DNA of 64,000 bases from an uncultured Candidatus Binatia bacterium (GTDB lineage: Bacteria > Desulfobacterota > Binatia > Bin18). The DNA is taken from contig OZ252051.1 of assembly GCA_965247985.1 (NCBI GenBank), forward strand, positions 4,227,060-4,291,059, given 5' to 3'. The translations under genes and the position numbers were made by a program. Shown here piece by piece: positions 27,464 to 38,071 of this stretch (positions are counted from its first letter, which is position 1; every line of letters starts with the position of its first letter). The notes beneath the pieces are model-generated. The model worked only from the letters and a program-made list of their open reading frames with translations, was not told the DNA's origin and made no database searches.

Positions 27464-28267
27464 TTACTCGCACAAGTCGTCTTGCAGATCAACTTGATGA
27501 TTGAGAGGAGCGTGCCCGTGCCCAATCCGGAACCCAGCGGCAATCGCCCGAGTCACAAACTCTTTCGCATGAGCGATCGCATCCTCAACCGTTTCGCCTT
27601 TGGCCAGCTCTGCCGTGATCGCGGCCGAGAAGGTACACCCGGCTCCATGTGTACAGACCGTTTCCATTTTCTGGCAGGAGTAGGCCCGAAAAGTACTTCC
27701 GTCGAACAAAAGATCACAGGCATCTTCTTCGAGATGCCCGCCTTTCACCACAACATAGGCCGGCCCTAAGGCTTTGATACGGCGGGCCGCCTCTTCCATA
27801 TCAGGCCGCTGGGCAACTTCCAGGCCGGACAGCAGGCCGGCTTCATGCAGATTGGGTGTCAGAATGAACGCCAACGGCAGCAGTTTCTCGGTCAGTGCCT
27901 GGCGGGCGTCTGCTTGGAGAAGAGCGTGGCCCCCTTTTGCGACCATAACAGGGTCAACGACCAGCTTGCGGATTCCATACTCTTCTATCTTGCGACTCAC
28001 TACCTCGACGAGTGGAATGGAGGACAGCATCCCGGTCTTCACTGCCTGGATTTGCATATCGCCGAACACACTATCGAACTCTTGCGCCACAAAATCAGGC
28101 GGGAGTTCAACAACAGCCTGGACGCCAAGCGTGTTTTGGGCGGTCACCGCGGTCAGCACACTCAGGCCATACACCCCGCGTGCCATAAAAGTTTTGAGAT
28201 CGGCCTGAATACCAGCCCCGCCTCCACTATCTGACCCGGCAATGGTTAAGGCTTTCGGTCGTGTCAT
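27464..28267 (-). CDS. thiD: Hydroxymethylpyrimidine/phosphomethylpyrimidine kinase
   Basis: LTIAGSDSGGGAGIQADLKTF, VKTGML, VVDPVM, KGGH, THGAGC. Confidence 0.95.
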   Translation of the reverse strand: MTRPKALTIAGSDSGGGAGIQADLKTFMARGVYGLSVLTAVTAQNTLGVQAVVELPPDFVAQEFDSVFGDMQIQAVKTGMLSSIPLVEVVSRKIEEYGIRKLVVDPVMVAKGGHALLQADARQALTEKLLPLAFILTPNLHEAGLLSGLEVAQRPDMEEAARRIKALGPAYVVVKGGHLEEDACDLLFDGSTFRAYSCQKMETVCTHGAGCTFSAAITAELAKGETVEDAIAHAKEFVTRAIAAGFRIGHGHAPLNHQVDLQDDLCE

Positions 28268-28312
28268 GGCCTCATTGTCTCGTACGCGCCGGTCGAAAGG
28301 GCATGGCGGAGT

Positions 28313-28990
28313 CTATGGGAATACGCGCAGCTCGCCAGTGTTCAGCCCCTGGCCAGTGGAATAGCGGCCGGCTTTGAGTTCATCAATAAGTTCCCGCGTA
28401 GTTGAGAGGGGACGCTCAAAAACTGTGACCGCACAGCCGATTGAAGAGGCAGAGTGGCTGTCACTGCCTCCAATTCGCTTGTAGCCACCATGCTCGGCAA
28501 CAGCCTGAGCGTACCGGTTTTCTTCTTCCGAGCAGGCGCCGTTCACCACCTCAATGGCGTCTACATACTCCAGCACTTCGAGTGCTTTGCTCCCGGACGC
28601 CGGATCGGCCTGGTCTATAGGATCGGTTTTGTGAATAAACTGGAAGCGTGGATCGAGCTTGTAGCGAAACGGATGGTTGGCGATGAGAAAGCCGTCAACC
28701 TCATCGATAATGCGCCGTAACTCTTTGACCTTATAGATACCGCCGACATAGCGGTCGAGGCCAAAGGCTCCGACATGGCCCCATTCGGTCGTGACCTCAA
28801 TCCCAAGAAATAACGTCACCCCACGTGCACGGGCGTACTCCTCGATGTCCGGGTCAGTCCAGGCATTGTCGTGTTCGGTGATGCAAATCCCCTCTAAGCC
28901 GACTTTCTGCGCCTGATCGATCATCAGCAGGGGGTCAAGGTTACTGTCAGAGCTACCGCGCGTCGTATGAACGTGGAAATCAATACGCAT
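28313..28990 (-). CDS. PHP-domain metal-dependent phosphoesterase
   Basis: DFHVHT, ITEHD, GIEVTTEWGH, NHPF, GGSDSH. Confidence 0.88.
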   Translation of the reverse strand: MRIDFHVHTTRGSSDSNLDPLLMIDQAQKVGLEGICITEHDNAWTDPDIEEYARARGVTLFLGIEVTTEWGHVGAFGLDRYVGGIYKVKELRRIIDEVDGFLIANHPFRYKLDPRFQFIHKTDPIDQADPASGSKALEVLEYVDAIEVVNGACSEEENRYAQAVAEHGGYKRIGGSDSHSASSIGCAVTVFERPLSTTRELIDELKAGRYSTGQGLNTGELRVFP

Positions 28991-29201
28991 TGTTTTTGAT
29001 ACACTCCCGTTTCGTAGGCCGCCTTTCTATACCGCCTTCTGGATAACCAAGCAAGAGTACAAGAGTGCGTACCCGTTCAGACCGGGCTTGCCTTTTTCAT
29101 GCGCTTCCTTTGTTCTCTGCCCGGCCTATGCTACAGTCCGTTCACCTCGGATATGCCAGCAGAGATATTTCACCAGAGATATTCCATTAGGAGGGGAAGC
29201 T

Positions 29202-30419
29202 ATGAAGCGACCATTAGATGGAGTCCGCATCATTGACTGGACGATTTGGCAACAAGGGCCGGTATCAACCATGATGTTGGCTGACTTGGGTGCTGAGGTC
29301 ATCAAGATCGAAGAGCGAGTCGGAGGTGACCCAGGCCGGGGAGTGCTCAGCATTGCCGGGGCATTAGTTGGGGCGACGAGTGGCCCGAATTTCTACTTTG
29401 AGGCCAATAACCGGCATAAGCAGAGTCTCACCCTTGATCTCAAAAACCCCAAGGCCATAGAGATTGTCTACAAGTTGGCTGAGAAGTCGGATGTCTTTGT
29501 CCAGAACTTTCGGAAAGGTGTGTCAGACAAGCTGGGTATCGGCTACGAGACGCTCTCCCAACGCAACCCGCAACTCATCTACGCCAGCGCAACCGGCTAC
29601 GGTCCGTTCGGGCCGGATTCTGGTGAGCCCTCCTTTGACTATATGGGGCTGGCTCGCTCGGGCATCATGACCGCGGTGGGTGAGCCCGATATGGAACCAC
29701 TCAGCATTGCCGGCGGCATCGCCGATCAGATGGGCGCCATCATGTTGGCCTATGGTGTCATGGCAGCGCTCCTGGCGCGCGACAAACATGGTGTGGGTCA
29801 GGAAGTCGATATCTCCCATCTGGGCAGCATGACGGCGCTCCAAGGGCTCAATGTGGCGTGTAAAACAATTTTAGGCAAGGAGTTTAAGCGCATACCACGC
29901 GTCGCCGCGCCGAGCCCGCTGTGGAACCATTACAAATGCGGCGATGGCAAGTGGATCTGTCTGGCCATGCCGCAACAGGAGCGCTACTGGTCTGATTTCT
30001 GCAAAGTCCTGGGCGTCGAGCAGGTCATAGACGACCCCCGCTTTGCCACCATGGGCGACCGGGCCGACAACGCAAAAGACTTGATTCCTATTCTGGACGT
30101 GGCGTTTGCTTCTCAGCCCCGAGACGCCTGGATGAAGGCACTCAAGGAGGGTGGAGACTTCATTTACACCGTCGTCAATACTATTGCTGACCTGCCCAAT
30201 GACGAACAAATGCTCGCCAACGAGTATATTGTCGATTACGATCATCCCCGCATCGGCAAGACGCAGGTGGTCGGCGTTCCTGTTCGCCTGAGCAAAACCC
30301 CGGGCGATCCCAAAGGTGCGGCCCCGGAATTCGGCGAGCACACCGAACTCATTCTCACCGAACTGCTCGACTATTCGTGGGAAGATGTGGCACAGCTCAG
30401 AGAAGAGGAAGTGATTTAA
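29202..30419 (+). CDS. Family III CoA-transferase (CaiB/BaiF), second paralogue
   Basis: PLDGVRIIDWT, LADLGAEVIKIE, DVFVQNFR, GIADQMG, APEFGEHT; AGGAGG SD. Confidence 0.92.
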   Translation: MKRPLDGVRIIDWTIWQQGPVSTMMLADLGAEVIKIEERVGGDPGRGVLSIAGALVGATSGPNFYFEANNRHKQSLTLDLKNPKAIEIVYKLAEKSDVFVQNFRKGVSDKLGIGYETLSQRNPQLIYASATGYGPFGPDSGEPSFDYMGLARSGIMTAVGEPDMEPLSIAGGIADQMGAIMLAYGVMAALLARDKHGVGQEVDISHLGSMTALQGLNVACKTILGKEFKRIPRVAAPSPLWNHYKCGDGKWICLAMPQQERYWSDFCKVLGVEQVIDDPRFATMGDRADNAKDLIPILDVAFASQPRDAWMKALKEGGDFIYTVVNTIADLPNDEQMLANEYIVDYDHPRIGKTQVVGVPVRLSKTPGDPKGAAPEFGEHTELILTELLDYSWEDVAQLREEEVI

Positions 30420-30429
30420 TGAGGGAATT

Positions 30430-30477
30430 GGGGGTTGGGGAAGCTCAGCCCCTAACCCCCAGCCCCTAACCCCTAGC
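30430..30477. repeat. Heptamer tandem repeat (AGCCCCT/AACCCCY) with complementary G-rich arm
   Basis: gggggttgggg...agcccct aaccccc agcccct aacccct agc in the intergenic space; can form a hairpin. Confidence 0.6.
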
Positions 30478-30487
30478 GCGAAGCGCT

Positions 30488-31405
30488 ATGACCCATTCCT
30501 TCACCATCACGCCCACAGCGCCCTACTCTTTCGATTTCACAGTCACTCGCTTTCTACGCTTTGCAAGTGAGATTGTCGATCGTATTGAAGGGAATCAATA
30601 CCAACGGCTCCTGACCGTCGGCCGACAACTGGCGCTCGCAACCGTCACAAATATCGGGACTGTTACGAGACCGCAGCTTGCGGTTGAACTCACAAGCCCG
30701 TCCAAGGCCGCGCTCAAGCAAGCGGAATTTCAAGCCCAACTCTGCCATATCCTGTGTACCGACTTTGACCCCAGACCGTTTTATCGATTGGCGCGTAAGG
30801 ACGAGATGCTGGCACCGTTGGTGAATCGTTTTCGAGGACTTCGGATCACTGCCAGCCCAACAATTTTTGAAGCGCTGGTGATGGCGGTCCTCTCCCAGCA
30901 GGTCAACCTTACTTTTGCCTATTCCATTAAAAAAGAACTGGTTGAAACGTTTGGGCGCAAGTGGCGGTGCAAGGGACACACCTATTACACATTTCCTGAG
31001 CCCCAACGGTTTGCCGGCCAGAGCATGGAGACCATGCGCGGCTTCCGGCTGAGCAATGCCAAGGCCGGCACACTGATCCGCCTGGGTGAAGCGTTTGCCT
31101 CTCGGACTTTGAAGCAGAGCGAAATCGCTCAACTTCCGGACGAAGAAGCGATTGAAGCACTGATTCAACTAAAAGGCATTGGCCGCTGGTCTGCCGAAAC
31201 AGCGCTGATGCGCGGCTTAGCCAGACCCGACGCGTTTCCGGGCGGCGACTTGGGCGTGGTCAAATATCTTGCCCAGGGCATGTTAGGCAAACAAGAAAAG
31301 GCGACCGAAACCGAAATGCGCAACTTTGCCGAACGTTGGCGTCCGTATCGTGGGCTAGCCTTAGTCTATTGTTACGCAGAACTCGCCCGGCGGCAGGCCG
31401 TGTAG
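30488..31405 (+). CDS. alkA: DNA-3-methyladenine glycosylase II (AlkA family)
   Basis: FEALVMAVLSQQV, HhH LKGIGRWSAE, DAFPGGDLG, ERWRPYRG. Confidence 0.85.
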   Translation: MTHSFTITPTAPYSFDFTVTRFLRFASEIVDRIEGNQYQRLLTVGRQLALATVTNIGTVTRPQLAVELTSPSKAALKQAEFQAQLCHILCTDFDPRPFYRLARKDEMLAPLVNRFRGLRITASPTIFEALVMAVLSQQVNLTFAYSIKKELVETFGRKWRCKGHTYYTFPEPQRFAGQSMETMRGFRLSNAKAGTLIRLGEAFASRTLKQSEIAQLPDEEAIEALIQLKGIGRWSAETALMRGLARPDAFPGGDLGVVKYLAQGMLGKQEKATETEMRNFAERWRPYRGLALVYCYAELARRQAV

Positions 31406-31456
31406 GGGCAACCCTTGTGGTTGCCCAAGTAGGGCGGGTACAAAACCCGTCCCTAC
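31402..31456. repeat. GTAG-type REP doublet
   Basis: GTAGGGGCAACC-cttgt-GGTTGCCC followed by GTAGGGCGGGT-acaaa-ACCCGTCCCTAC; the first TAG is the alkA stop. Confidence 0.75.
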
Positions 31457-31458
31457 GC

Positions 31459-33132
31459 TCAGAACATCCCAGAAATTTTGCCGTTCTCGTCCATCCGCAT
31501 CCCGGCTGCCGCAGGTTTTGCGCCCAGGCCGGGCATGGTCAGCATATCCCCGGTGAGGGGGACGCAGAAGCCGGCCCCGGCCGAGAGGCGAATCTCACGC
31601 ACGCTCAACACAAAATCACGCGGCCGGCCGTAGCGTTTTGGATCATCGGACAGGGACATCTGGGTCTTGGCCATACAAATGGGCACATGACCATAGCCCA
31701 GGTCGTTGATCCGCTTGAGATCGTTGCGCGCGCGTTGCAGCAAAGTGATATCTGCCGCGCCGTAGATTTGTTGGGCAATGGTCCGGATCTTGTCTTCAAT
31801 CGGCATCTCCGCCGGATACAGGAACTGCTGCACCGGGGCCGGTCCGTCGCAGGCTTGCACCACCGCTTCGGCCAGCGCTATCCCCCCCTCTCCCCCCTGA
31901 CCAAACACATCAATGACCGTTGCTCCTACGCCCAGGGCTGTACTTTCTTCTACGACCAACTGAAGCTCTTCTTCGGTATCAGTGGCAAACCGATTCACCG
32001 CAACAATCGGCCGCAGGCCAAATGCACCCAGACTCTCAACGTGTTTGGCCAAGTTTTCCATACCCTGCTTCAAGGTTGACAGATCAGGCTTGTTCACATC
32101 CGCCACCGGTGTACCGCCGTGCATTTTGAGCGCCTTGACCGTTGCGACCAGGACAACCGCGGCGGGCCACAGGTCAGCCTCACGGCATTTGATATTGAGG
32201 AATTTCTCTCCACCCAGATCAAACCCGAAGCCGGCTTCGGTCACCACATAATCGGTATAGCCGAGCGCGAGTCGCGTGGCCAGGATACTATTACAGCCAT
32301 GGGCGATATTACCGAACGGCCCAGCGTGGATGAAGGCTGGCACGCCTTCCACGGTCTGGACCAGATTGGGTTTCAGAGCGTCCTTGAGAATAATCGCCAT
32401 CGCCTCCGGCGCGTGAATCCGGTCCGCGCTGACAGCCTCTCCCTGAGACGAATAGCCAAGCACAATACGCGACAGACGCTGAATGAGATCCGTGGGTCCA
32501 CTCGTCAGAGCCAGAATAGCCATGACTTCCGATGCCGCGGTAATATCAAAGCCCTCTTCGCGCGGGATGCCCATGAGGCGTCCGCCGAGGCCCATCACAA
32601 TTTGACGCAACGCGCGGTCATTCATGTCCATGACGCGCCGCCAGCGGATTTGACGGACATCCAAATCCACGGTTCGATGAAACATGGCGGCATCCAGCAT
32701 GGCAGACAGAAGGTTATGCGCAGAACTGACGGCGTGAATGTCGCCGGTGAAATGCAGGTTAATATCCTCCATGGGCAGCACTTGTGAGCGACCACCTCCA
32801 CAGCCTCCGCCCTTCACCCCGAACACCGGCCCCATTGAGGGTTCACGGACCGCCACTGCCGCCTTTTTACCAAGGCGGGTCAGCGCCTGGCCTAAGCCAA
32901 TCGTCGTGGTGGTCTTGCCTTCGCCAGCAGGGGTCGGGTTGATAGCGGAAACAAGAATCAGCTTGGCCTGGGTCTGAGCCGGCGCGGAAGAGAGCGCCTC
33001 AAGCGCAATTTTGGCCTTCACGCGGCCGTAGGGCTCAAGGTGTTCTGGCGCTAACGATAACTGAGCGGCAATCTCTTCGATCGGCTTCAAGCGAACGGAC
33101 TGGGCAACGGCAAGGTTTTGGTCTCGGCTCAT
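31459..33132 (-). CDS. fhs: Formate--tetrahydrofolate ligase
   Basis: INPTPAGEGKTT, REPSMGPVFGVKGG, INLHFTGDIHA, GPFGNIAHG, VTEAGFG, MLTMPGL. Confidence 0.96.
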   Translation of the reverse strand: MSRDQNLAVAQSVRLKPIEEIAAQLSLAPEHLEPYGRVKAKIALEALSSAPAQTQAKLILVSAINPTPAGEGKTTTTIGLGQALTRLGKKAAVAVREPSMGPVFGVKGGGCGGGRSQVLPMEDINLHFTGDIHAVSSAHNLLSAMLDAAMFHRTVDLDVRQIRWRRVMDMNDRALRQIVMGLGGRLMGIPREEGFDITAASEVMAILALTSGPTDLIQRLSRIVLGYSSQGEAVSADRIHAPEAMAIILKDALKPNLVQTVEGVPAFIHAGPFGNIAHGCNSILATRLALGYTDYVVTEAGFGFDLGGEKFLNIKCREADLWPAAVVLVATVKALKMHGGTPVADVNKPDLSTLKQGMENLAKHVESLGAFGLRPIVAVNRFATDTEEELQLVVEESTALGVGATVIDVFGQGGEGGIALAEAVVQACDGPAPVQQFLYPAEMPIEDKIRTIAQQIYGAADITLLQRARNDLKRINDLGYGHVPICMAKTQMSLSDDPKRYGRPRDFVLSVREIRLSAGAGFCVPLTGDMLTMPGLGAKPAAAGMRMDENGKISGMF

Positions 33133-33155
33133 TCGTACGGTTTCCTTTCCCCGCC

Positions 33156-33184
33156 GTAGGAGCAGGTTTGAAACCTGCCCCTAC
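33156..33184. repeat. GTAG-type REP palindrome
   Basis: GTAGGAGCAGGTTTGAAACCTGCCCCTAC. Confidence 0.75.
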
Positions 33185-33295
33185 AGGAGATGTCATCTTA
33201 TACAAAATCAATGTCTCCGACTATCACAAACGACTGGGACAGCTCCTGACCAGCGGGACACACCATGCTATGGATACCACAGCGAAGGAGTTGGC

Positions 33296-34321
33296 ATGGC
33301 AGGGAACGCATCTTCTGGTCGGCGGTTGCTGAATTTCGCACTCAGCCTTGTGGTGAGTGGGGGCTTTCTGTATCTCGCGTTTCGCAACGTTCAGCTTGAT
33401 GAATTGGGACAAGCACTCGGACGGGTGAATGGCGGCTGGCTGTGTATTGCCGTCGTCGTCAGCCTGCTCATCATGATGTTGCGCGCCTGGCGCTGGCAAC
33501 TTGAACTCCGCCCCCTCGAACATGTTCCGGTTGGCCGTCTGTGGGTCGTGACCTCGGTCGCCTATATGGCCATCAATCTGCTGCCGGTGCGTCTGGGCGA
33601 AGTCGTCCGCCCCTGGCTCTTATCCCGTCGCTCTCAGGTGTCGATCTCAAACGTCATCGGCAATCTGGTTGTAGAGAAGATGATGGATTCGATCTGTATC
33701 GTCTTGTATCTGCTGACCGGACTGCTGCTGATTGAAAGCCTGCCGATGTGGGTCCGCCGAGGCGCGCTTGTCCCAGCCGGAATTGCCGGCGTCTTCGTGT
33801 CTGTGGTCTTGCTGTTGTGGTGGAAAGGTGAGTCGTTTGTCGATCGCTGGGTGCTGCGCGTTCTCCCCGAGCGCTTTGGCGGTCGGGTCAAAAGCGTTCT
33901 CGCTGCCATCACCGCCGGAATGCGGATTCTTCCCAATCCCGGCCTGCTCCTAGCCGTCTTTCTGGTGTCTCTGACATTATGGTTTCTGCCTATTTTGTCG
34001 AGCTATATCATGATCCGCGCGTTTGACCTGTCAGCTCCTTTTAGCGCGGCCCTGGTCATTTTTATTTTTATCAGTTTTGGCACGGCGCTGCCGAATCTTC
34101 CAGGCATGATCGGGCCGTATCAATACGCGTGTCAGCTCGCCCTTGGACTCTATGGGGTGAGCGAGGTTGACGGTCTAGCCTACGGCTTGGTCCTCAACGC
34201 CGTCCAGTTTCTGACCCTCATTGGTCAAGGGTTAATCGCCCTGCCGATTGCGGGTGTGAGTTTTTCCGATATTCGACAGGCTGGCGATCAGCTCTCGCAG
34301 CAGCACGCAGACACCACGTAA
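33296..34321 (+). CDS. Lysylphosphatidylglycerol-synthase TM-domain / flippase-like protein (UPF0104)
   Basis: Multi-TM protein with RAWRWQ, NLLPVRLGEVVR, EKMMD, LPNLPGMIGPYQ. Confidence 0.85.
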   Translation: MAGNASSGRRLLNFALSLVVSGGFLYLAFRNVQLDELGQALGRVNGGWLCIAVVVSLLIMMLRAWRWQLELRPLEHVPVGRLWVVTSVAYMAINLLPVRLGEVVRPWLLSRRSQVSISNVIGNLVVEKMMDSICIVLYLLTGLLLIESLPMWVRRGALVPAGIAGVFVSVVLLLWWKGESFVDRWVLRVLPERFGGRVKSVLAAITAGMRILPNPGLLLAVFLVSLTLWFLPILSSYIMIRAFDLSAPFSAALVIFIFISFGTALPNLPGMIGPYQYACQLALGLYGVSEVDGLAYGLVLNAVQFLTLIGQGLIALPIAGVSFSDIRQAGDQLSQQHADTT

Positions 34322-34345
34322 CGCCCCTCTTGGGAGAGCCGGCTG

Positions 34346-35704
34346 TCAGGGCCAGATTTTGCCCGGGTTCAGAATACCCTTTGGATCAAAGACGTGCTTG
34401 ATGCCCTGCATCAGCGCCACCGCAGGCCCGTGCTCCTGCGTAACATATTTTCGGCTGCCGAGGCCAATGCCGTGCTCTCCTGAAGCTGTTCCTCCAAGAG
34501 ACAGGACAAGAGCAACCATCTCATCTTTGGCCCGGTTAGCGCTGGCCCAGCGATGGGTATCAGCCGGGTCTTCCCGCAGCAGCGCATGCAGAATGCCAAG
34601 CCCGGCGTGGCCAAAGGTATGCAAGACAACGCCGTGCTGTGCGGCAATCGTATAGCTCTTTTCAATGACCTCAGGCAGACGCGAGATGGGAAAACCCATA
34701 TCAGTCCGAATCGTTTTGGCGCGCGGGTTGAGCGCCTGAATCGCACGGGTTGTAAAATGGCGAATCTCCCACGGGTTGCGTCCCCCGGGCAGGAGAATCT
34801 GCTTCCCCTGATTTTCTTCACACAGGCTGTGCGTCGTCCCGAAAACTTCTTCAACTGAACTCTCGGAACCGTGGACTTCAATAAACAACGAGGGCAGCTC
34901 GGTGAGACCAAAATCTTGAAAGCGATTGAGGGCGGCGATGGAACGTTGGTCAAGAAACTCGACCGCGGCAAGATCAACACCATAGCGCATCATGGACGCG
35001 ATGGCGGTCACCGCTGCTTTCTCAGACGGAAAGGTAAACGCACCTTGTTTCCGCCCCTGCGGCAGACCAACCAGAGAGAGCGTCAGTTCGGTCGCAATGC
35101 CCAACGTCCCTTCAGAACCAATCAGCAGCCCCAGCAGATGGTAGCCCGAAGACGTTTTACGGCTGCGCGTCCCAAGTTCAAGGACTTCGCCTGTGCCGGT
35201 CACCACGGTGGCGGCTTTGACGTGGGCGCGGGTTCCTCCGTATTTGACCGAATAGATGCCACTGGCGTTGTTCGCCACCATCCCACCAATTGTTGCAACA
35301 TCAGAGCTGCCACCGGGCGACGGAGGGAAAAACAAGCCATACGCTTTGAGTTGGTCGTTCAGATCATTGTAGACAATACCGGGCTGAACCGTGACCTGAA
35401 GGTCCTCTGCATGCACGGTCACAATGCGATCCATACGAGAGAGGTCCAAAACGATCCCGCCTCGGACCGGAATGGGATTGCCCTCCAAGCTCGACCCCGC
35501 TCCCCGTGCAGTCAGCGCCACTTCATGCCGATAGGCATACGCAACGACCCGGCACACCTCGTCCGTCGTCTGCGGCCAGACAACGACCTCGGGTAACGTG
35601 GGCGGACAGGCTGACTCATCGTGCGAGGCCAGTTCCAGGTCGGCCGGCTGGGTTGAGACCTGCTCTGAGGAAAGCAGCGCTGTCAGATCATCTGCTAAAG
35701 ACAT
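34346..35704 (-). CDS. FAD-linked oxidase (GlcD/D-lactate dehydrogenase-like)
   Basis: RGAGSSLEG, ATIGGMVANNASG, GSEGTLG, GHAG, GEHGIG, FDPKGILNPGK. Confidence 0.9.
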   Translation of the reverse strand: MSLADDLTALLSSEQVSTQPADLELASHDESACPPTLPEVVVWPQTTDEVCRVVAYAYRHEVALTARGAGSSLEGNPIPVRGGIVLDLSRMDRIVTVHAEDLQVTVQPGIVYNDLNDQLKAYGLFFPPSPGGSSDVATIGGMVANNASGIYSVKYGGTRAHVKAATVVTGTGEVLELGTRSRKTSSGYHLLGLLIGSEGTLGIATELTLSLVGLPQGRKQGAFTFPSEKAAVTAIASMMRYGVDLAAVEFLDQRSIAALNRFQDFGLTELPSLFIEVHGSESSVEEVFGTTHSLCEENQGKQILLPGGRNPWEIRHFTTRAIQALNPRAKTIRTDMGFPISRLPEVIEKSYTIAAQHGVVLHTFGHAGLGILHALLREDPADTHRWASANRAKDEMVALVLSLGGTASGEHGIGLGSRKYVTQEHGPAVALMQGIKHVFDPKGILNPGKIWP

Positions 35705-35708
35705 AGGG

Positions 35709-37568
35709 CTACCCAAGTTGACCGTTGGCAGCAGAGAGCGGTCCATCCTCTCGACGTTTGGGCCGCATGTTCCGGTCTAAGACCTTTTTGCGCAAGCGGA
35801 TGGACAGCGGCGTCACCTCAACCAATTCATCAGCGCTGATCCATTCCAGGGCATCCTCTAAATCCATCGCTTTATACGGAACAAGGCGTACTGCCTCATC
35901 TCGACCGGACGCTCGGACATTAGTGAGCTTCTTCTCTCGACTCACATTCACGTCGAGATCTTTGTCACGTGAATTTTCCCCGACCACCATACCCTCGTAC
36001 ACACGTGTCCCGGCCGGGATAAAGAACACCCCGCGCTCCTGCAAATGAAAAAGCGAATACGGGGTCGCCGGCCCTTCGCGGTCTGCGACCAAGGCCCCGT
36101 TAATGCGGTTCTGGATCGGCCCGTGCCAGGGGGCATATCCGTTGAATAGGGTATTCATAATGCCCGTGCCGCGCGTATCCGTCAGAAAGCGCGAACGAAA
36201 GCCAATCAAACCGCGTGACGGAACAGAGAACTCCAGACACACCCGACCTGACTCCGGTGGAGCCATGTTTGTCATGATCCCTTTACGCTGGGCCATGAGT
36301 TGAGAGACCTGGCCGACATAATCTTCTTGGACGTCGATGAGTAATAGCTCCATCGGCTCCTGGAGTTGCCCCTCAATTTCTTTCACGATGACAGTCGGCT
36401 TGAAAACCTGGAGCTCGTAGCCTTCCCGACGCATGGTTTCAATCACGACCGAGAGCTGGAGTTCGCCCCGGCCCAGCACCCGAAAGGCATCAGGGGAATC
36501 GGTCTCTTCCACGTGCAGACTTACGTTTTTATGCACCTCGGCGAAGAGCCGTTCGCGGATTCTACGCGACGTCACATATTGTCCTTCCCGTCCCGCCCAG
36601 GGGCCAATGTTCACCCCAAAGATCATAGCAAGAGTCGGCTCATCGATCTGAATCGTGGGCAGGGCCACCGGATTCTCACTATCAGAGATCGTCTCACCGA
36701 TCTGAATCTCTTCAATACCAGCCACCGCGACAATATCGCCGGCCTGCGCAGACGCTATCTCGTGCCGTTTGAGACCCTGCCAGCTATACAGCTGGGCGAC
36801 TTTACACGGCACGCGGGAGCCGTCGTCACGACACAGCGTATAGGCTTCCGTGCTCCGAAGCTCGCCTTGGATAATGCGACCGATAGCAATCCGGCCGACA
36901 TAATCGTTGTAGTCCAGATTATTCACGTGGAACTGAACGGGCCCATCCACAGCGTGGGACGGACCGGGTAGGGCAGAGACAATCAGGTCAAAGAGCGGCT
37001 GAAGATTGTGCCCCTCTTCGTCCAGGTCGCGTTTGGCAATACCGGCCCGGGCGTTGGTGTACACCACGGGAAACGCCAACTGCTCGTCTGAGGCATCCAG
37101 ATCAATGAAGAGGTCATAGATTTCATCCAGCACTGTGGAGACTCGGGCGTCTTGCCGGTCAATCTTGTTAATACAGACAATCGATGCCAGCCCGGCTTCC
37201 AGCGCTTTCTTCAGCACAAAACGTGTTTGGGGCAGCGGGCCTTCCGAGGCGTCAACCAAGAGCATCACACCGTCAACCATAGCCAGCGCGCGCTCGACTT
37301 CTCCGCCAAAATCCGCATGACCCGGCGTATCGACAAAATTAATTTTCACGCCTTGATACGAGAGCGCGGCATTCTTGGCCAAGATGGTAATGCCCCGTTC
37401 CCGTTCAAGCGCAAACGAGTCCATCACCCGCTCGACCACCTGTTCATTGTCCCGAAAGGTCCCACTCTGTTTGAGGAGGGCGTCAATGAGTGTCGTTTTG
37501 CCATGATCAACATGCGCGATAATGGCGACGTTTCGAATATCATTACGCCGGGGCGTACCGTTGTGCAA
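35709..37568 (-). CDS. typA: Translational GTPase TypA/BipA
   Basis: [59 protein letters not shown]; TTG start after GGGAGG. Confidence 0.96.
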   Translation of the reverse strand: MHNGTPRRNDIRNVAIIAHVDHGKTTLIDALLKQSGTFRDNEQVVERVMDSFALERERGITILAKNAALSYQGVKINFVDTPGHADFGGEVERALAMVDGVMLLVDASEGPLPQTRFVLKKALEAGLASIVCINKIDRQDARVSTVLDEIYDLFIDLDASDEQLAFPVVYTNARAGIAKRDLDEEGHNLQPLFDLIVSALPGPSHAVDGPVQFHVNNLDYNDYVGRIAIGRIIQGELRSTEAYTLCRDDGSRVPCKVAQLYSWQGLKRHEIASAQAGDIVAVAGIEEIQIGETISDSENPVALPTIQIDEPTLAMIFGVNIGPWAGREGQYVTSRRIRERLFAEVHKNVSLHVEETDSPDAFRVLGRGELQLSVVIETMRREGYELQVFKPTVIVKEIEGQLQEPMELLLIDVQEDYVGQVSQLMAQRKGIMTNMAPPESGRVCLEFSVPSRGLIGFRSRFLTDTRGTGIMNTLFNGYAPWHGPIQNRINGALVADREGPATPYSLFHLQERGVFFIPAGTRVYEGMVVGENSRDKDLDVNVSREKKLTNVRASGRDEAVRLVPYKAMDLEDALEWISADELVEVTPLSIRLRKKVLDRNMRPKRREDGPLSAANGQLG

Positions 37569-37669
37569 AATCGTTTCCTCCCTGTACTGTGACTTTCTCT
37601 CTCCTATGAATTTCTCTTTCCAGACTTCGAGCGGCAGGCGGCCAGCGAGCCGCAGCGGGTCCAGATCGC

Positions 37670-38071
37670 TCACTCCCTTGCATCCAGCCGGCGCAGCCGG
37701 CCGGCCCAGCCGAGAATCCGCCGATCGGCACTCACCAGTTGATGCCCCCCCAGCAGCGCCGTCGCCACGATCAGGCGGTCGGCAGGATCGCCAGGGAGAC
37801 TCGCGAGCCCGGCAGCGCGGGTGCCGATTTCGCCGTCCACGGGAATCTCGACCAGACCGTCCTCCAGAAGGGTGCGACGCCACGAAGCAGTGTCTCTCAA
37901 TAAGGTCAACCTACCCGTGTCGTGCAGCATGGCGACTTCCCAGAATGAGATCGCAGAGACCGCGACGGCTTGCGCTGTCCAGGCCGACTCAACCGCTTTG
38001 CGAGTCCGCCGTCCGAGCCTCCTGTCGCCAATGCGCAGCCAGAGCAGAACGTGGGTGTCCAGCAAGATCAC
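37670..38071 (-). CDS. vapC: VapC PIN-domain toxin
   Basis: [37 protein letters not shown]; GTG start overlaps the antitoxin stop (GTGA). Confidence 0.9.
   Translation of the reverse strand: MILLDTHVLLWLRIGDRRLGRRTRKAVESAWTAQAVAVSAISFWEVAMLHDTGRLTLLRDTASWRRTLLEDGLVEIPVDGEIGTRAAGLASLPGDPADRLIVATALLGGHQLVSADRRILGWAGRLRRLDARE

Noticed and set aside
31459-33132. Wood-Ljungdahl pathway inferred from fhs
   Set aside because: fhs alone is widespread in C1/folate metabolism; no acs/cdh/fdh genes are in the window.
35709-37883. 724-aa TypA with a long N-terminal extension
   Set aside because: The extension overlaps vapC in another frame; an SD plus TTG at 37568 gives a normal-length TypA.
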